32,000 bases of DNA, from assembly GCA_043808785.1 (NCBI GenBank), contig JAZDEL010000002.1, positions 30,001 to 62,000 on the forward strand, written 5' to 3'. The stretch is from Candidatus Iainarchaeum sp. (GTDB lineage Archaea > Iainarchaeota > Iainarchaeia > Iainarchaeales > JAZDEL01). Below, piece after piece: positions 14,992-22,907 of the stretch. Below the pieces are notes generated by a model that was given only the letters and a program-made list of their open reading frames with translations, did no database searches and had not been told where the DNA came from. The position numbers and the translations under genes were made by a program. How positions within the stretch are numbered: position 1 is the first letter of the stretch; the number at the start of each line of letters is the position of its first letter.

Positions 14992-16722
14992 ATGGGCAGC
15001 GAAAGTTTCTGCCGCGAAGCTGTTTCAGCGGTTCCCTGCGGGGCTGCAGGTTCGGCTAACGCCGCAAAAAAGCCGGCTGTTTCCGCGGATGCCGCGGAAA
15101 AGTTCTGCCGCGAAATTCTTTCCGCAATTTCCCGCGGCAGGGTAAGCGGCAAGGCGGAACTCAACAGCCTGAAACTCGAGATTGCAAAAAAATTCCGCCT
15201 GCCCTCCCTGCCCACGGATCCCGACATACTCATGCACGCAAAAAAACCCTCCCCGCGCCTGCGCGCACTTCTCTCAATAAAGCCCGTGCGCTCGCTTTCG
15301 GGGGTTGCGGTTGTCGCGGTTATGGTAAAGCCGCACAAGTGCCCCGGCAGTTGCATTTACTGCCCCTCGGGCATAGGCAGGGAGATGCCGAAAAGTTACA
15401 CAGGCAGGGAACCCGCCGCGCTCCGCGCGCTCGAATTTAATTTCGACCCTTTCCTTCAGGCGCGGAACCGCATCGAACAGCTTGAACTCACGGGGCACAG
15501 CACGGGGAAAATAGAGCTGATTGTAATGGGCGGCACATTCCTCTCCACTCCGAAAGCATACCAGGATTCCTTTGTTAAGGGCGCCCTGGATGCAATCGCG
15601 GGGGGTAAGCAAAAGAGCAGCACCCTTACCCAGGCAAAAAAAACCGCCGAACGCTCGGTTCGCAGGGTTGTCGGCATAACCTATGAAACCCGCCCCGATT
15701 TTTGTTCCAAGCATGAAATTAACCGCGTCCTCTCCCTCGGCGGAACGCGCGTCGAATTGGGGGTGCAGATGCCCGATGACGCAATTTATGGGAAAATAAA
15801 AAGGGGGCACACAGTGAAAGATGTCGTGCTCGCAACCTCGCGCCTCAAGGATTCCGCACTGAAGGTTTGCTGCCACATCATGCCTGGTTTGCCCGGCTCA
15901 ACACCTGAAAACGACCTCTCGCGCTTCAAGGAATTGTTCTCGAACCCGGATTTCAGGCCCGACATGCTGAAATTTTACCCGTGCCTTGTGATGGAGGGCA
16001 CGGAATTGCACAAAGAGTGGAGGGCAGGCAACTACGAGCCGCTTGAAACGCAGGAAGCAGCGGAACTTGTCGCGGAAATGAAAAGTTTCATCCCGCCTTA
16101 TTGCAGGGTTATGAGAATCCAGCGCGACATCCCGAGCAACCTTGTTTCAGCGGGCGTTAAAAAAAGCAACCTGCGCCAGCTCGCAGCGGAAGCCGCAAAA
16201 CGGAAGGGCGTGAAATGCAGGTGCATCCGCTGCAGGGAAGCGGGCCTTACTTCATACCTGCGCGGCAAGAATGCGGGCACGGAAACCGCAGGCACCGAAC
16301 GCGGCGCAGGCAGCGCCGCAGCCGCCAGGGGCGCAAAAATCTCGCACCTCGAATACGAGGCAAGCAGGGGCACGGAAATTTTCATTTCCGCGGATGATGA
16401 AAAGCGCGATTTGCTCTTCGGCTTCTGCCGCCTGCGCATTCCTGTCGCGCCATTCCGCCCCGAAATAACCGCACGCACCGCACTCGTGCGCGAGTTAAGG
16501 GTTTATGGGGAGGCACTGCCGCTTGGCATCAGGAAGGCGGGCGCTTTCCAGCATGCAGGGCTCGGCAAAAAACTCCTTGCCGATGCGGAGGAAACCGCGC
16601 GCTCGCAGTTCGGAATGAATAAGATGCTCATCCTCTCAGGCTTAGGGGTGCGCCCCTACTACCGGGGTTTGGGATACCGCGCAAAGGGCGTTTACATGGG
16701 GAAGGCGCTGCGGCAGAATTAA
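14992..16722 (+). CDS. elp3: Elp3-type tRNA U34 modification enzyme (radical SAM plus GNAT acetyltransferase domains)
   Basis: Radical SAM cluster CPGSCIYCP, RVELGVQ, CRCIRCRE and a C-terminal GNAT region (QHAGLGKKLL). It carries a Gly/Ala-rich insert and an N-terminal extension. Confidence 0.9.
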   Translation: MGSESFCREAVSAVPCGAAGSANAAKKPAVSADAAEKFCREILSAISRGRVSGKAELNSLKLEIAKKFRLPSLPTDPDILMHAKKPSPRLRALLSIKPVRSLSGVAVVAVMVKPHKCPGSCIYCPSGIGREMPKSYTGREPAALRALEFNFDPFLQARNRIEQLELTGHSTGKIELIVMGGTFLSTPKAYQDSFVKGALDAIAGGKQKSSTLTQAKKTAERSVRRVVGITYETRPDFCSKHEINRVLSLGGTRVELGVQMPDDAIYGKIKRGHTVKDVVLATSRLKDSALKVCCHIMPGLPGSTPENDLSRFKELFSNPDFRPDMLKFYPCLVMEGTELHKEWRAGNYEPLETQEAAELVAEMKSFIPPYCRVMRIQRDIPSNLVSAGVKKSNLRQLAAEAAKRKGVKCRCIRCREAGLTSYLRGKNAGTETAGTERGAGSAAAARGAKISHLEYEASRGTEIFISADDEKRDLLFGFCRLRIPVAPFRPEITARTALVRELRVYGEALPLGIRKAGAFQHAGLGKKLLADAEETARSQFGMNKMLILSGLGVRPYYRGLGYRAKGVYMGKALRQN

Positions 16723-16752
16723 ATACCCCCTGCCGCCATATGCGTAGGTATT

Positions 16753-17175
16753 ATGCCAAAAAAACCAAAGCCAAGGGAGCGCAAGATACTTCCAAGGCTC
16801 TTGCACGGGGCAAATGTGGCGAAGATGGCAATGGCGGAAAATCAGTCGCTCATTAGGGAATTTGAAAAGGCGGGAGTCCCGCCTGAAAAGAGGAACCTCA
16901 CCTGGAAAGTAAAAGGCTTGACCACTGAACAGGCTTATGGCAAAACTTACAACCTGTTTGTGAGCAACAAACAAATAAGGGGCGCAAAATTGGTGGCAAA
17001 GCTCAAAACCCCAAGAGGCCGGGTGCATTATTACGAGGATACGCGCCTGAAGCACGGCACTATAGATGGCAGGAAAACAAAAAGAACCGCTAATTATCCC
17101 GGATTCGTAACCGAAGGGGAATGCCGTTTTAGTATAGTTCCTAAAGCGGGTAAAAACCCGCCAAAAAAGCGCTGA
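16753..17175 (+). CDS. Hypothetical basic protein (140 aa)
   Basis: Lys/Arg-rich at both ends (MPKKPKPRERK ... GKNPPKKR). I prefer this frame over the antisense 16642..17184 ORF, which overlaps elp3 and is rich in Cys, Phe, Trp and His. Confidence 0.5.
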   Translation: MPKKPKPRERKILPRLLHGANVAKMAMAENQSLIREFEKAGVPPEKRNLTWKVKGLTTEQAYGKTYNLFVSNKQIRGAKLVAKLKTPRGRVHYYEDTRLKHGTIDGRKTKRTANYPGFVTEGECRFSIVPKAGKNPPKKR

Positions 17176-17218
17176 GCAAACCATTATATTATTGGTCGCG
17201 CTATTTCTGTTGGTTCAT

Positions 17219-17524
17219 ATGCCGGCCGCACAGCAGGAACTTGTCGACTTCCTTTCCCAGCACCCCGAGTGCCATTTGATAAACCGGAGCGCGGTGCACA
17301 TGCGCATCCTCGATGCAATAGAGCACGAAGCCAGGTCATTCAACGACCTCTGCTCATATTTCCACACCATAGACAGCCCTGACCTTCTCGAAATACTGTC
17401 CTCCCTTGAAAAAACAGGCCTTATTGAGTGCTTCGACACGGACGGCAAGCACGTATATTGCGCAACAGCCAAGGCAAAGGAATTCATGCAAAAATTCAGG
17501 GCAGCAAAGAAAAGCACTGTTTAA
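17219..17524 (+). CDS. Small winged-helix (wHTH) DNA-binding protein, probable transcription regulator
   Basis: The helix-turn-helix-wing pattern is RILDAIEHEARSFNDLCSYF..DSPDLLEILSSLEKTGLIECFDTDGKHVY. The TATA-like CCATTATATTATT lies about 27-36 nt upstream of the ATG at 17219. Confidence 0.55.
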   Translation: MPAAQQELVDFLSQHPECHLINRSAVHMRILDAIEHEARSFNDLCSYFHTIDSPDLLEILSSLEKTGLIECFDTDGKHVYCATAKAKEFMQKFRAAKKSTV

Positions 17525-17550
17525 CCCCCTGTTTTATTGCAAACCCGCCC

Positions 17551-17583
17551 TTTTAAATATATTAAATATCATATAATATAAAG
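17551..17583 (+). promoter_or_regulatory. 33-nt nearly pure A/T block with an internal inverted repeat; promoter or operator for the 17614 gene
   Basis: TTTTAAATATATTAAATATCATATAATATAAAG. The arms ATATTA and TAATAT are separated by 9 nt. The block lies 31-63 nt upstream of the ATG at 17614. Confidence 0.45.
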
Positions 17584-17613
17584 GGGAAATACGGGTTAAG
17601 GGGTTGGTTGGAA

Positions 17614-18153
17614 ATGGCAAAGGCTAAAGCCGCGCAGGTGGAAGCAAAAGCGGACAATGCCGCTGCTCCGCCCAAATCAGCGCCTGCACAGGGAACCGTT
17701 AAACGCGGCGCTAATTGGCAGCGCTATTCGGCGGAGCCGAATGCGCCCATTTTGCCGAAAGGCAAAATAGGGCAGCCAATTGCGCCCGTTTTGGCTTCGC
17801 CAAAACGCGGAGGTGCGCTTATCGCAGTTTTAGGTGTCGGGAAAGGCAGCTGGGGGCACGTTGCGCGCCTTATTGCCGAATCCGAGTGGGGCAGGATTGT
17901 GCTGCTTTCAAACGAGTGGGGCCAGGAAAAGTTCAAGCCCCCCAAGGAATGCGAGTGGATAATGGTAAACAACCGCGCTGGGTTCGAGGTAATCAAGGAC
18001 GAAATCAAGAACAACCTGCCCGAGGGCAAACTTTCGGTTTCGCTTATTTCAGGCAGCGGCAAGGAGCACATGGCTTTGCTCGCGGCTTTGAAGGAAGCGG
18101 GCAGGGACTACGAACTCATTGTCCTAACGGGCGACGGAACCAAATCATACTGA
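17614..18153 (+). CDS. Hypothetical protein: disordered Ala/Pro/Lys-rich N-terminus plus a Rossmann-like domain of about 115 aa (CARF/SLOG-like)
   Basis: Alternating beta/alpha pattern. ALIAVLGVGKGSWG is strand 1 plus a Gly-rich loop. VSLISGSGKEHMALLAAL is strand 4 plus a loop resembling CARF xTGGxK or SLOG GGxGTxxE loops. The resemblance is by eye only. Confidence 0.4.
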   Translation: MAKAKAAQVEAKADNAAAPPKSAPAQGTVKRGANWQRYSAEPNAPILPKGKIGQPIAPVLASPKRGGALIAVLGVGKGSWGHVARLIAESEWGRIVLLSNEWGQEKFKPPKECEWIMVNNRAGFEVIKDEIKNNLPEGKLSVSLISGSGKEHMALLAALKEAGRDYELIVLTGDGTKSY

Positions 18154-18234
18154 ACCCCCGCGCGCTAATGCACAAACCCAAACCCGCGGTTATGTGAATT
18201 TGCCGCTGATGCGGAAACCCAAGGAGGCGTTTAG

Positions 18235-18600
18235 GTGGACTTGCTTGTTATTTTGCTTGCAGCCATTGTTGTGCTCCTTGCGGTTGCGCTCTACTTCCTC
18301 TTCATGCATTCGCGCAGGCTTTCCTCCGAGATTGAGGACCTTGGTTTCAGAAAAGCGAGCCAGTCCGTGAAATACGGAAAATTAACGGAGCAGTTCATCC
18401 CTTTCACGGAACAATTCCCGTTCTCGCGCGAGAACTTCAGGTTCATAGGCATGCCCATTGACGGCATAGCATTCGAGGATGATAAGATTTACATCTGCGA
18501 GTTCAAAGCCGCTGGCGGAACGCTCACCTCAAAGCAGAAAAACATAAAGCGCCTTGTGGACGAGGGAAAGGTTGAATGGTTTGAGTTCAGGCTTGGGTAA
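18235..18600 (+). CDS. Membrane-anchored PD-(D/E)xK endonuclease related to archaeal Holliday junction resolvase (Endonuc_Holl-like)
   Basis: N-terminal TM helix LLVILLAAIVVLLAVALYFLF. The core is GKLTEQFIPFTEQFPFSRENFRFIGMPIDGIAFEDDKIYICEFKAAGGTLTSKQKNIKRLVDEGKV, with D...ExK residues at PID and CEFK. AAGGAGG lies 7 nt upstream of the GTG start. Confidence 0.65.
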   Translation: MDLLVILLAAIVVLLAVALYFLFMHSRRLSSEIEDLGFRKASQSVKYGKLTEQFIPFTEQFPFSRENFRFIGMPIDGIAFEDDKIYICEFKAAGGTLTSKQKNIKRLVDEGKVEWFEFRLG

Positions 18601-19080
18601 TCAAAGCTTTATGCAAAAGTGCCTCTCGAGCGCCTTATTCAAATCATCAGAGGGCTTAATTTCATGCGAAAACCAATTTTCATTCAGGAACTTGCGCAGC
18701 CCTGACCTGTCCAGCCTGTTAAGCCTTTCAACAATATCCCTAAGTTCAGCGAAATATGCTGCTTTTTTGTAGTCCATCTTTGCAGGGTTCGGGTTTAATG
18801 CAGTAGGGGCTTTATTGTGCAAGTACTCGTTGGGTTTAAGCATTTCAATTACCTTTTCTTCTCGGGCATTTTGCGCTATTCTCCTGAACTCTTCCTTTAA
18901 CGTTTCAGGGCCCATCCTTAATCTGTTCAATTTTGTAAAGAATCTTATCTTCGGGATAAGTATGTTTTCTTCGGGTGTGCGGCCTATTTGCACATATTTC
19001 CTTTGTTTGGGCTGGCGGTTCTTGGCATTTGCAGTTGTCTGCCGCTTAAACGGCTTTTTATTCTTTCTAAAAATGCCCAT
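18601..19080 (-). CDS. Hypothetical protein (159 aa) with a basic N-terminus; immediately downstream of pelota
   Basis: The ATG at 19080 is 4 nt after the pelota stop at 19085, on the same strand. I recognise no motif. Confidence 0.5.
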   Translation of the reverse strand: MGIFRKNKKPFKRQTTANAKNRQPKQRKYVQIGRTPEENILIPKIRFFTKLNRLRMGPETLKEEFRRIAQNAREEKVIEMLKPNEYLHNKAPTALNPNPAKMDYKKAAYFAELRDIVERLNRLDRSGLRKFLNENWFSHEIKPSDDLNKALERHFCIKL

Positions 19081-19084
19081 AGGC

Positions 19085-20131
19085 TCACCCCATCCTATAT
19101 CTCAGCAGCGCAGCAATCCCGCCCAACCCTTCCAGTTGCTTCCCCGCGTCGTGCCTTGATGAGATTATGTGCACCCTTCCGCGGCTCCTCTCCGCTGACT
19201 CCATTATCCTCTCAATATTATCCCTGTCCGCCAATAAAAGCCTTTCCGCAACAAGCAGGGTTTCAACAGCCCCGGCTTCGACAGCGCGCCGCACTTCCGC
19301 AACACCGTAAGCGACAAGCCCGCTGTTCCTCCCTATCTCCGCATAAACGCTTTCGACAAGTTTCATTTCCGCGGCAACCTGCAGTTCCTCCGCAACCCTG
19401 TCGAGTTTGCCGCTTTTCACAAGCTCGTTTATTCCGGTCACGCCCACGGAATTCGTGGATTCAAAGAACGCCTGCATTTTGATTTTTTTGTCGCGGATGT
19501 ATTTCTGCAGGTTCATTTTCACAAAACCGGGCCCCGCGAAAACAACCTTGTCCGCCCCATGTTCATGGACTTTCGCAAGCACCTCCTCAAAATAGCGGTT
19601 CACATTTCCCTTCTCCTGCGTAGCGTACTGCTTCCCCTCCTTGCCAGCGAAAATCTTTCCCTTGTGCTCAATCCCCGCATCCTTCAGGAGCGCGAAATCC
19701 GCTGCCTCGTCATCCAGCACCACGGCAAGCATCTTCCCCCGCTCCGCAGCGCGCTTCGCCTGCTCCAGCCTATCTGCCTGCCAGTTCTTCAGCGATTCCT
19801 TTTTCACCTTTATTTTATATCCCGCCTCAATCCCCAAAGCGTGGTAAGATTTCAGTTCCACATATTCCTCGGGCTTCCCCGCGGTTATTATCCCGTTCAC
19901 GCGCAACTGCCCCGAGGCTTCATGCAGCGCAACTTCCTCCGCGCTTATCTCGACAAAAATATCCTTCCTGAACGCCTTCTCCCCCTCGCTCTTGGGCTTT
20001 ATCTTCCTCTCGCTCTTTCCGCTGACCAAATCCCCTTTCTCAATCAGCCTCTCAAGGTGCCACAAATCGTCGAGGCTCTCGGGAACCACTTCGAACGAAT
20101 TGTTCCTCCTGTCGATTTTTATTATTTTCAT
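19085..20131 (-). CDS. pelA: aPelota (Dom34 homolog), ribosome rescue factor
   Basis: MKIIKIDRRNNSFEVVPESLDDLWHLERLIEKGDLV is the typical Pelota N-terminus, and the C-terminal half is eRF1-like. GGTGGGAG lies just upstream of the ATG at 20131. Confidence 0.9.
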   Translation of the reverse strand: MKIIKIDRRNNSFEVVPESLDDLWHLERLIEKGDLVSGKSERKIKPKSEGEKAFRKDIFVEISAEEVALHEASGQLRVNGIITAGKPEEYVELKSYHALGIEAGYKIKVKKESLKNWQADRLEQAKRAAERGKMLAVVLDDEAADFALLKDAGIEHKGKIFAGKEGKQYATQEKGNVNRYFEEVLAKVHEHGADKVVFAGPGFVKMNLQKYIRDKKIKMQAFFESTNSVGVTGINELVKSGKLDRVAEELQVAAEMKLVESVYAEIGRNSGLVAYGVAEVRRAVEAGAVETLLVAERLLLADRDNIERIMESAERSRGRVHIISSRHDAGKQLEGLGGIAALLRYRMG

Positions 20132-20232
20132 GCTCCCACCGCGCTTCGAAACAAACATCAAACCAAACGTGCGCCCGACATGAACCTACACGAACCCGCC
20201 GTGTTTTTTGTTTTTTTAGCTCCCCCGCACAC

Positions 20233-22083
20233 TCACTCGTAATAATACTTCCCCGCCTTCTTCTGCTCCTCGTCCTTTTGCGAACCCTTCTTGTTCATCC
20301 TCGGCCTCTTGCTCTTGGGGTCGCGCCTAAGCGAAATTTGAAGCATCGCAAGCAGTTTGTTCATCCCTTCCTCCATTCCGTAAGGCCCCATCGCCATCCC
20401 GTGCTTTGCAGGCTCCCCCTCAAATACCATCAGCCTGTCCGAGAGGTAATCCATGAAAAGCAAATCATGGTCGACAACAAGCGCCGAAATCCCGCGCACG
20501 TCAACAACCGAGCGAATTGCTTTTGCAGCAGCAAGCCTCTGCTCCACATCAAGGTGTGCGGAAGGCTCGTCCATAACAATCAAATCGCTTTCCTTTGCAA
20601 GCGCCAGCCCGATTGCAACTCTTTGTTTCTCCCCGCCCGAAAGCGTCGAGAACTTTTTGTCCATCAAAACATCGATCTCCAGCGGGCGGATGATGTTGTT
20701 CTTGACGCCCGCCTCATCAATGCTCTTCACCACGGAAAGGAACATCTCCATCACTGTTTTGTCCCCGTTCCCGCCCTTCCGTTCCCCCTCTACTCCACTC
20801 CATTCCCCTGCCTGTATATACTGCGGCTTGTACGCAACTTTCAATTTCAGCCCAACTTTCCCGCTGTCAGGCTCGCTTTCACCAGCAATCATCTTCACGA
20901 ACGTGCTTTTCCCTATCGCGTTAGGGCCAAGTATGCCGATGACCTCATTCCTGTTTATCCCGTTCGCCTCCGCCGTGAAATTGAAATTTTTGAACTTCTT
21001 CCTCAGCGCAGGCCACTCAGCAAGCCTGCCCTTTGTTTTCGCCTCCCTTGCAGCGCGGACGCTGAACTCAATCTCGTACTGCCTGAACCTGTAATTCTCC
21101 CCCCTGCTGTAGCCCTCAAGGTATGTGTTTATGCCCTCGCGCGTTCCCTTTGGCTGTGAAACAATCCCGAAAACCGCGGGTTTCCCGTACATCAGGTTCA
21201 CATAATCGCTCAGGTAATCAAGCAGTATCAAATCGTGCTCAACAACAATTACCGCAGCCCCCTCTTCCGCAAGCGCGCGTATGAATTCCGCAACCCTCAT
21301 CCTCTCCCTTATGTCAAGGTATGAGGATGGCTCATCAAAGAAATAAAACCCCGCATCCTTCAATGCAGCTGCGGCAACGGCAACCTTCTGCAGTTCCCCG
21401 CCCGAAAGCTTTCCGAGTTCGTTGTCAAGAACCCCGTCCAGCCCGAGAACCTTGACCACACCGTCCATTTTTTTCCTTTCATCGACCCTTTTCAGCAGTT
21501 CCCTTACCTTCCCCTTCGCGATTTTGGGAAGCGCGTCAACATTCTGCGGCTTCACGGAAATTTTGATTTTTTTGGCATTCAGCCTTTCAAAAAAATCGTG
21601 CATCTCCTTCCCGCGGAAAAATTCGATGACCTTTGCCCAGTCCGTGCCCTTCCCCGCCTTTGCCCCATCACCCGCTTTCGCGTCAAGTTCGCCAAGGTTA
21701 GGCACCATCTCGCCGGAAAGTATCTTCAGCGCAGTGCTCTTCCCTATTCCGTTCCTCCCCACAATCCCGACAACAGCCCCTTCCCTCGGCAAGGGAATTC
21801 CGTGCAGCCTGAAAAGGTTCTGCCCGTACTGGTGCATCGGCTTTCCCGGGTCTATTGAAAGGTTCACAATTGAAATCGCGGCAAAAGGGCACTTCCTCTC
21901 GCAGATTTGGCAGCCTATGCACAGCTCTTCGGATATTATAGGCTTTCCCGTGCCCTCGTGCGTAATGCACTCCTTGCCTGTGCGGTTCACGGGGCACACC
22001 TGCTCGCAGAGCCAGTTCCCGCACTTCTTCTGCTGGCACGAGTCGTACCCTATTACCGCAACCCTTCTCCTGATGTCCTTCAT
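20233..22083 (-). CDS. abcE1: ABCE1 (RNase L inhibitor/Rli1) ribosome recycling ATPase
   Basis: N-terminal double 4Fe-4S ferredoxin motifs (CQQKKCGNWLCEQVCP and CIGCQICERKCP). Two ABC cassettes (GRNGIGKST with LSGGELQ, and GPNAIGKST with LSGGEKQ). I prefer the ATG at 22083 over the TTG at 22095. Confidence 0.92.
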   Translation of the reverse strand: MKDIRRRVAVIGYDSCQQKKCGNWLCEQVCPVNRTGKECITHEGTGKPIISEELCIGCQICERKCPFAAISIVNLSIDPGKPMHQYGQNLFRLHGIPLPREGAVVGIVGRNGIGKSTALKILSGEMVPNLGELDAKAGDGAKAGKGTDWAKVIEFFRGKEMHDFFERLNAKKIKISVKPQNVDALPKIAKGKVRELLKRVDERKKMDGVVKVLGLDGVLDNELGKLSGGELQKVAVAAAALKDAGFYFFDEPSSYLDIRERMRVAEFIRALAEEGAAVIVVEHDLILLDYLSDYVNLMYGKPAVFGIVSQPKGTREGINTYLEGYSRGENYRFRQYEIEFSVRAAREAKTKGRLAEWPALRKKFKNFNFTAEANGINRNEVIGILGPNAIGKSTFVKMIAGESEPDSGKVGLKLKVAYKPQYIQAGEWSGVEGERKGGNGDKTVMEMFLSVVKSIDEAGVKNNIIRPLEIDVLMDKKFSTLSGGEKQRVAIGLALAKESDLIVMDEPSAHLDVEQRLAAAKAIRSVVDVRGISALVVDHDLLFMDYLSDRLMVFEGEPAKHGMAMGPYGMEEGMNKLLAMLQISLRRDPKSKRPRMNKKGSQKDEEQKKAGKYYYE

Positions 22084-22099
22084 GCTAAAACACAACCCT

Positions 22100-22114
22100 A
22101 AATTTGAATATAAA
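22100..22114. promoter_or_regulatory. Single AT-rich element shared by the divergent abcE1 and asnB-like genes
   Basis: AAATTTGAATATAAA is the only AT-rich box in the 53-nt spacer. It lies about 17-32 nt from the ATG at 22083 (minus strand) and about 22-37 nt from the ATG at 22137 (plus strand). Confidence 0.4.
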
Positions 22115-22136
22115 CCCTTCCGAACCGTGGTTTTTC

Positions 22137-22904
22137 ATGGTTTGCGATATACGTGCCCTGCGTTCCGCCTTTGATGCCGCAATAGGGGAACAAACAAAAA
22201 ACACCCCGCACGCAGCGGTTCTTTTCAGCGGAGGGTTGGATAGTTCCCTCGTTGCAAAAGCGGTTTCCCTGCGCGTGGAAAAAACAGAACTTTTCTCTGT
22301 CGGAACCGAAGGCGCGCAGGATTTGGATTTTGTGGAGGAAGTGGCTGATGAAATGGGGCTGAAACTGCACGTTCGCACTGTGCGCACTTCCGAAATTCCC
22401 GCTTACGTAAAAAAAACAAAAAAAGTTCTCGGTTCCGAACTCGCGAAAAGCAAATTGCAGTTGCAGATTGCCGTGCCCGAATTCATCGCGCTCGAGCAGG
22501 TTAAGAAGCACGGGTTTCCCGTGTTTTTCTCGGGGCAGGGCGGGGATGAATTGTTCTGCGGATATTCCTCGTTTAAGCGCGTGCTTAAGGAAGGGGGGTA
22601 CAAGGCGGTTGATGCCGAAATAGCCAGCCTCCTTGAAATAATGCCTTCCCACAACCTTGCGCGGGAGGAGGCACTTGCTTCCCATTTCTCCCTCGAACAC
22701 AGGATGCCCCTGACGCACCCCGCGTTCGTCAAAGCCGCGCTCAAAATTCCCGCGCGCGAGAAAATCACTTCCCCGGAGGACAAACTGCGCAAGCATTCCC
22801 TGCGCGCGCTCGCGCGCGAATTAGGCGTGCCCGAAATTGCATGTGCCCGCCGGAAAAAAGCGATACAATACGGGAGCGGGGTTGCGAAGGTTTTGCGAAA
22901 GTAA
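22137..22904 (+). CDS. Asparagine synthetase C-terminal-domain-like PP-loop ATP pyrophosphatase (no glutaminase domain)
   Basis: PP-loop AVLFSGGLDSS, SGQGGDELFCGY and a C-terminal KKAIQYGSGV. The TTG at 22104 is possible, but the ATG at 22137 is preferred. Confidence 0.7.
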   Translation: MVCDIRALRSAFDAAIGEQTKNTPHAAVLFSGGLDSSLVAKAVSLRVEKTELFSVGTEGAQDLDFVEEVADEMGLKLHVRTVRTSEIPAYVKKTKKVLGSELAKSKLQLQIAVPEFIALEQVKKHGFPVFFSGQGGDELFCGYSSFKRVLKEGGYKAVDAEIASLLEIMPSHNLAREEALASHFSLEHRMPLTHPAFVKAALKIPAREKITSPEDKLRKHSLRALARELGVPEIACARRKKAIQYGSGVAKVLRK

Positions 22905-22907
22905 TAG

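Noticed and set aside
16642-17184. 180-aa minus-strand ORF competing with the 16753..17175 plus-strand gene
   Set aside because: It overlaps the 3' end of elp3 by 81 nt and encodes an implausible sequence rich in Cys, Phe, Trp and His. The plus frame gives a normal charged protein that follows elp3 after 30 nt. Confidence in the plus call is still only moderate.
16753-19080. The AT-richer block between elp3 and pelota as an integrated mobile element or provirus
   Set aside because: I found no integrase, transposase or capsid-like gene, no flanking direct repeats, and no tRNA at the border. I therefore treat it as a possibly acquired cassette, not a mobile element. GC content was judged by eye, not computed.
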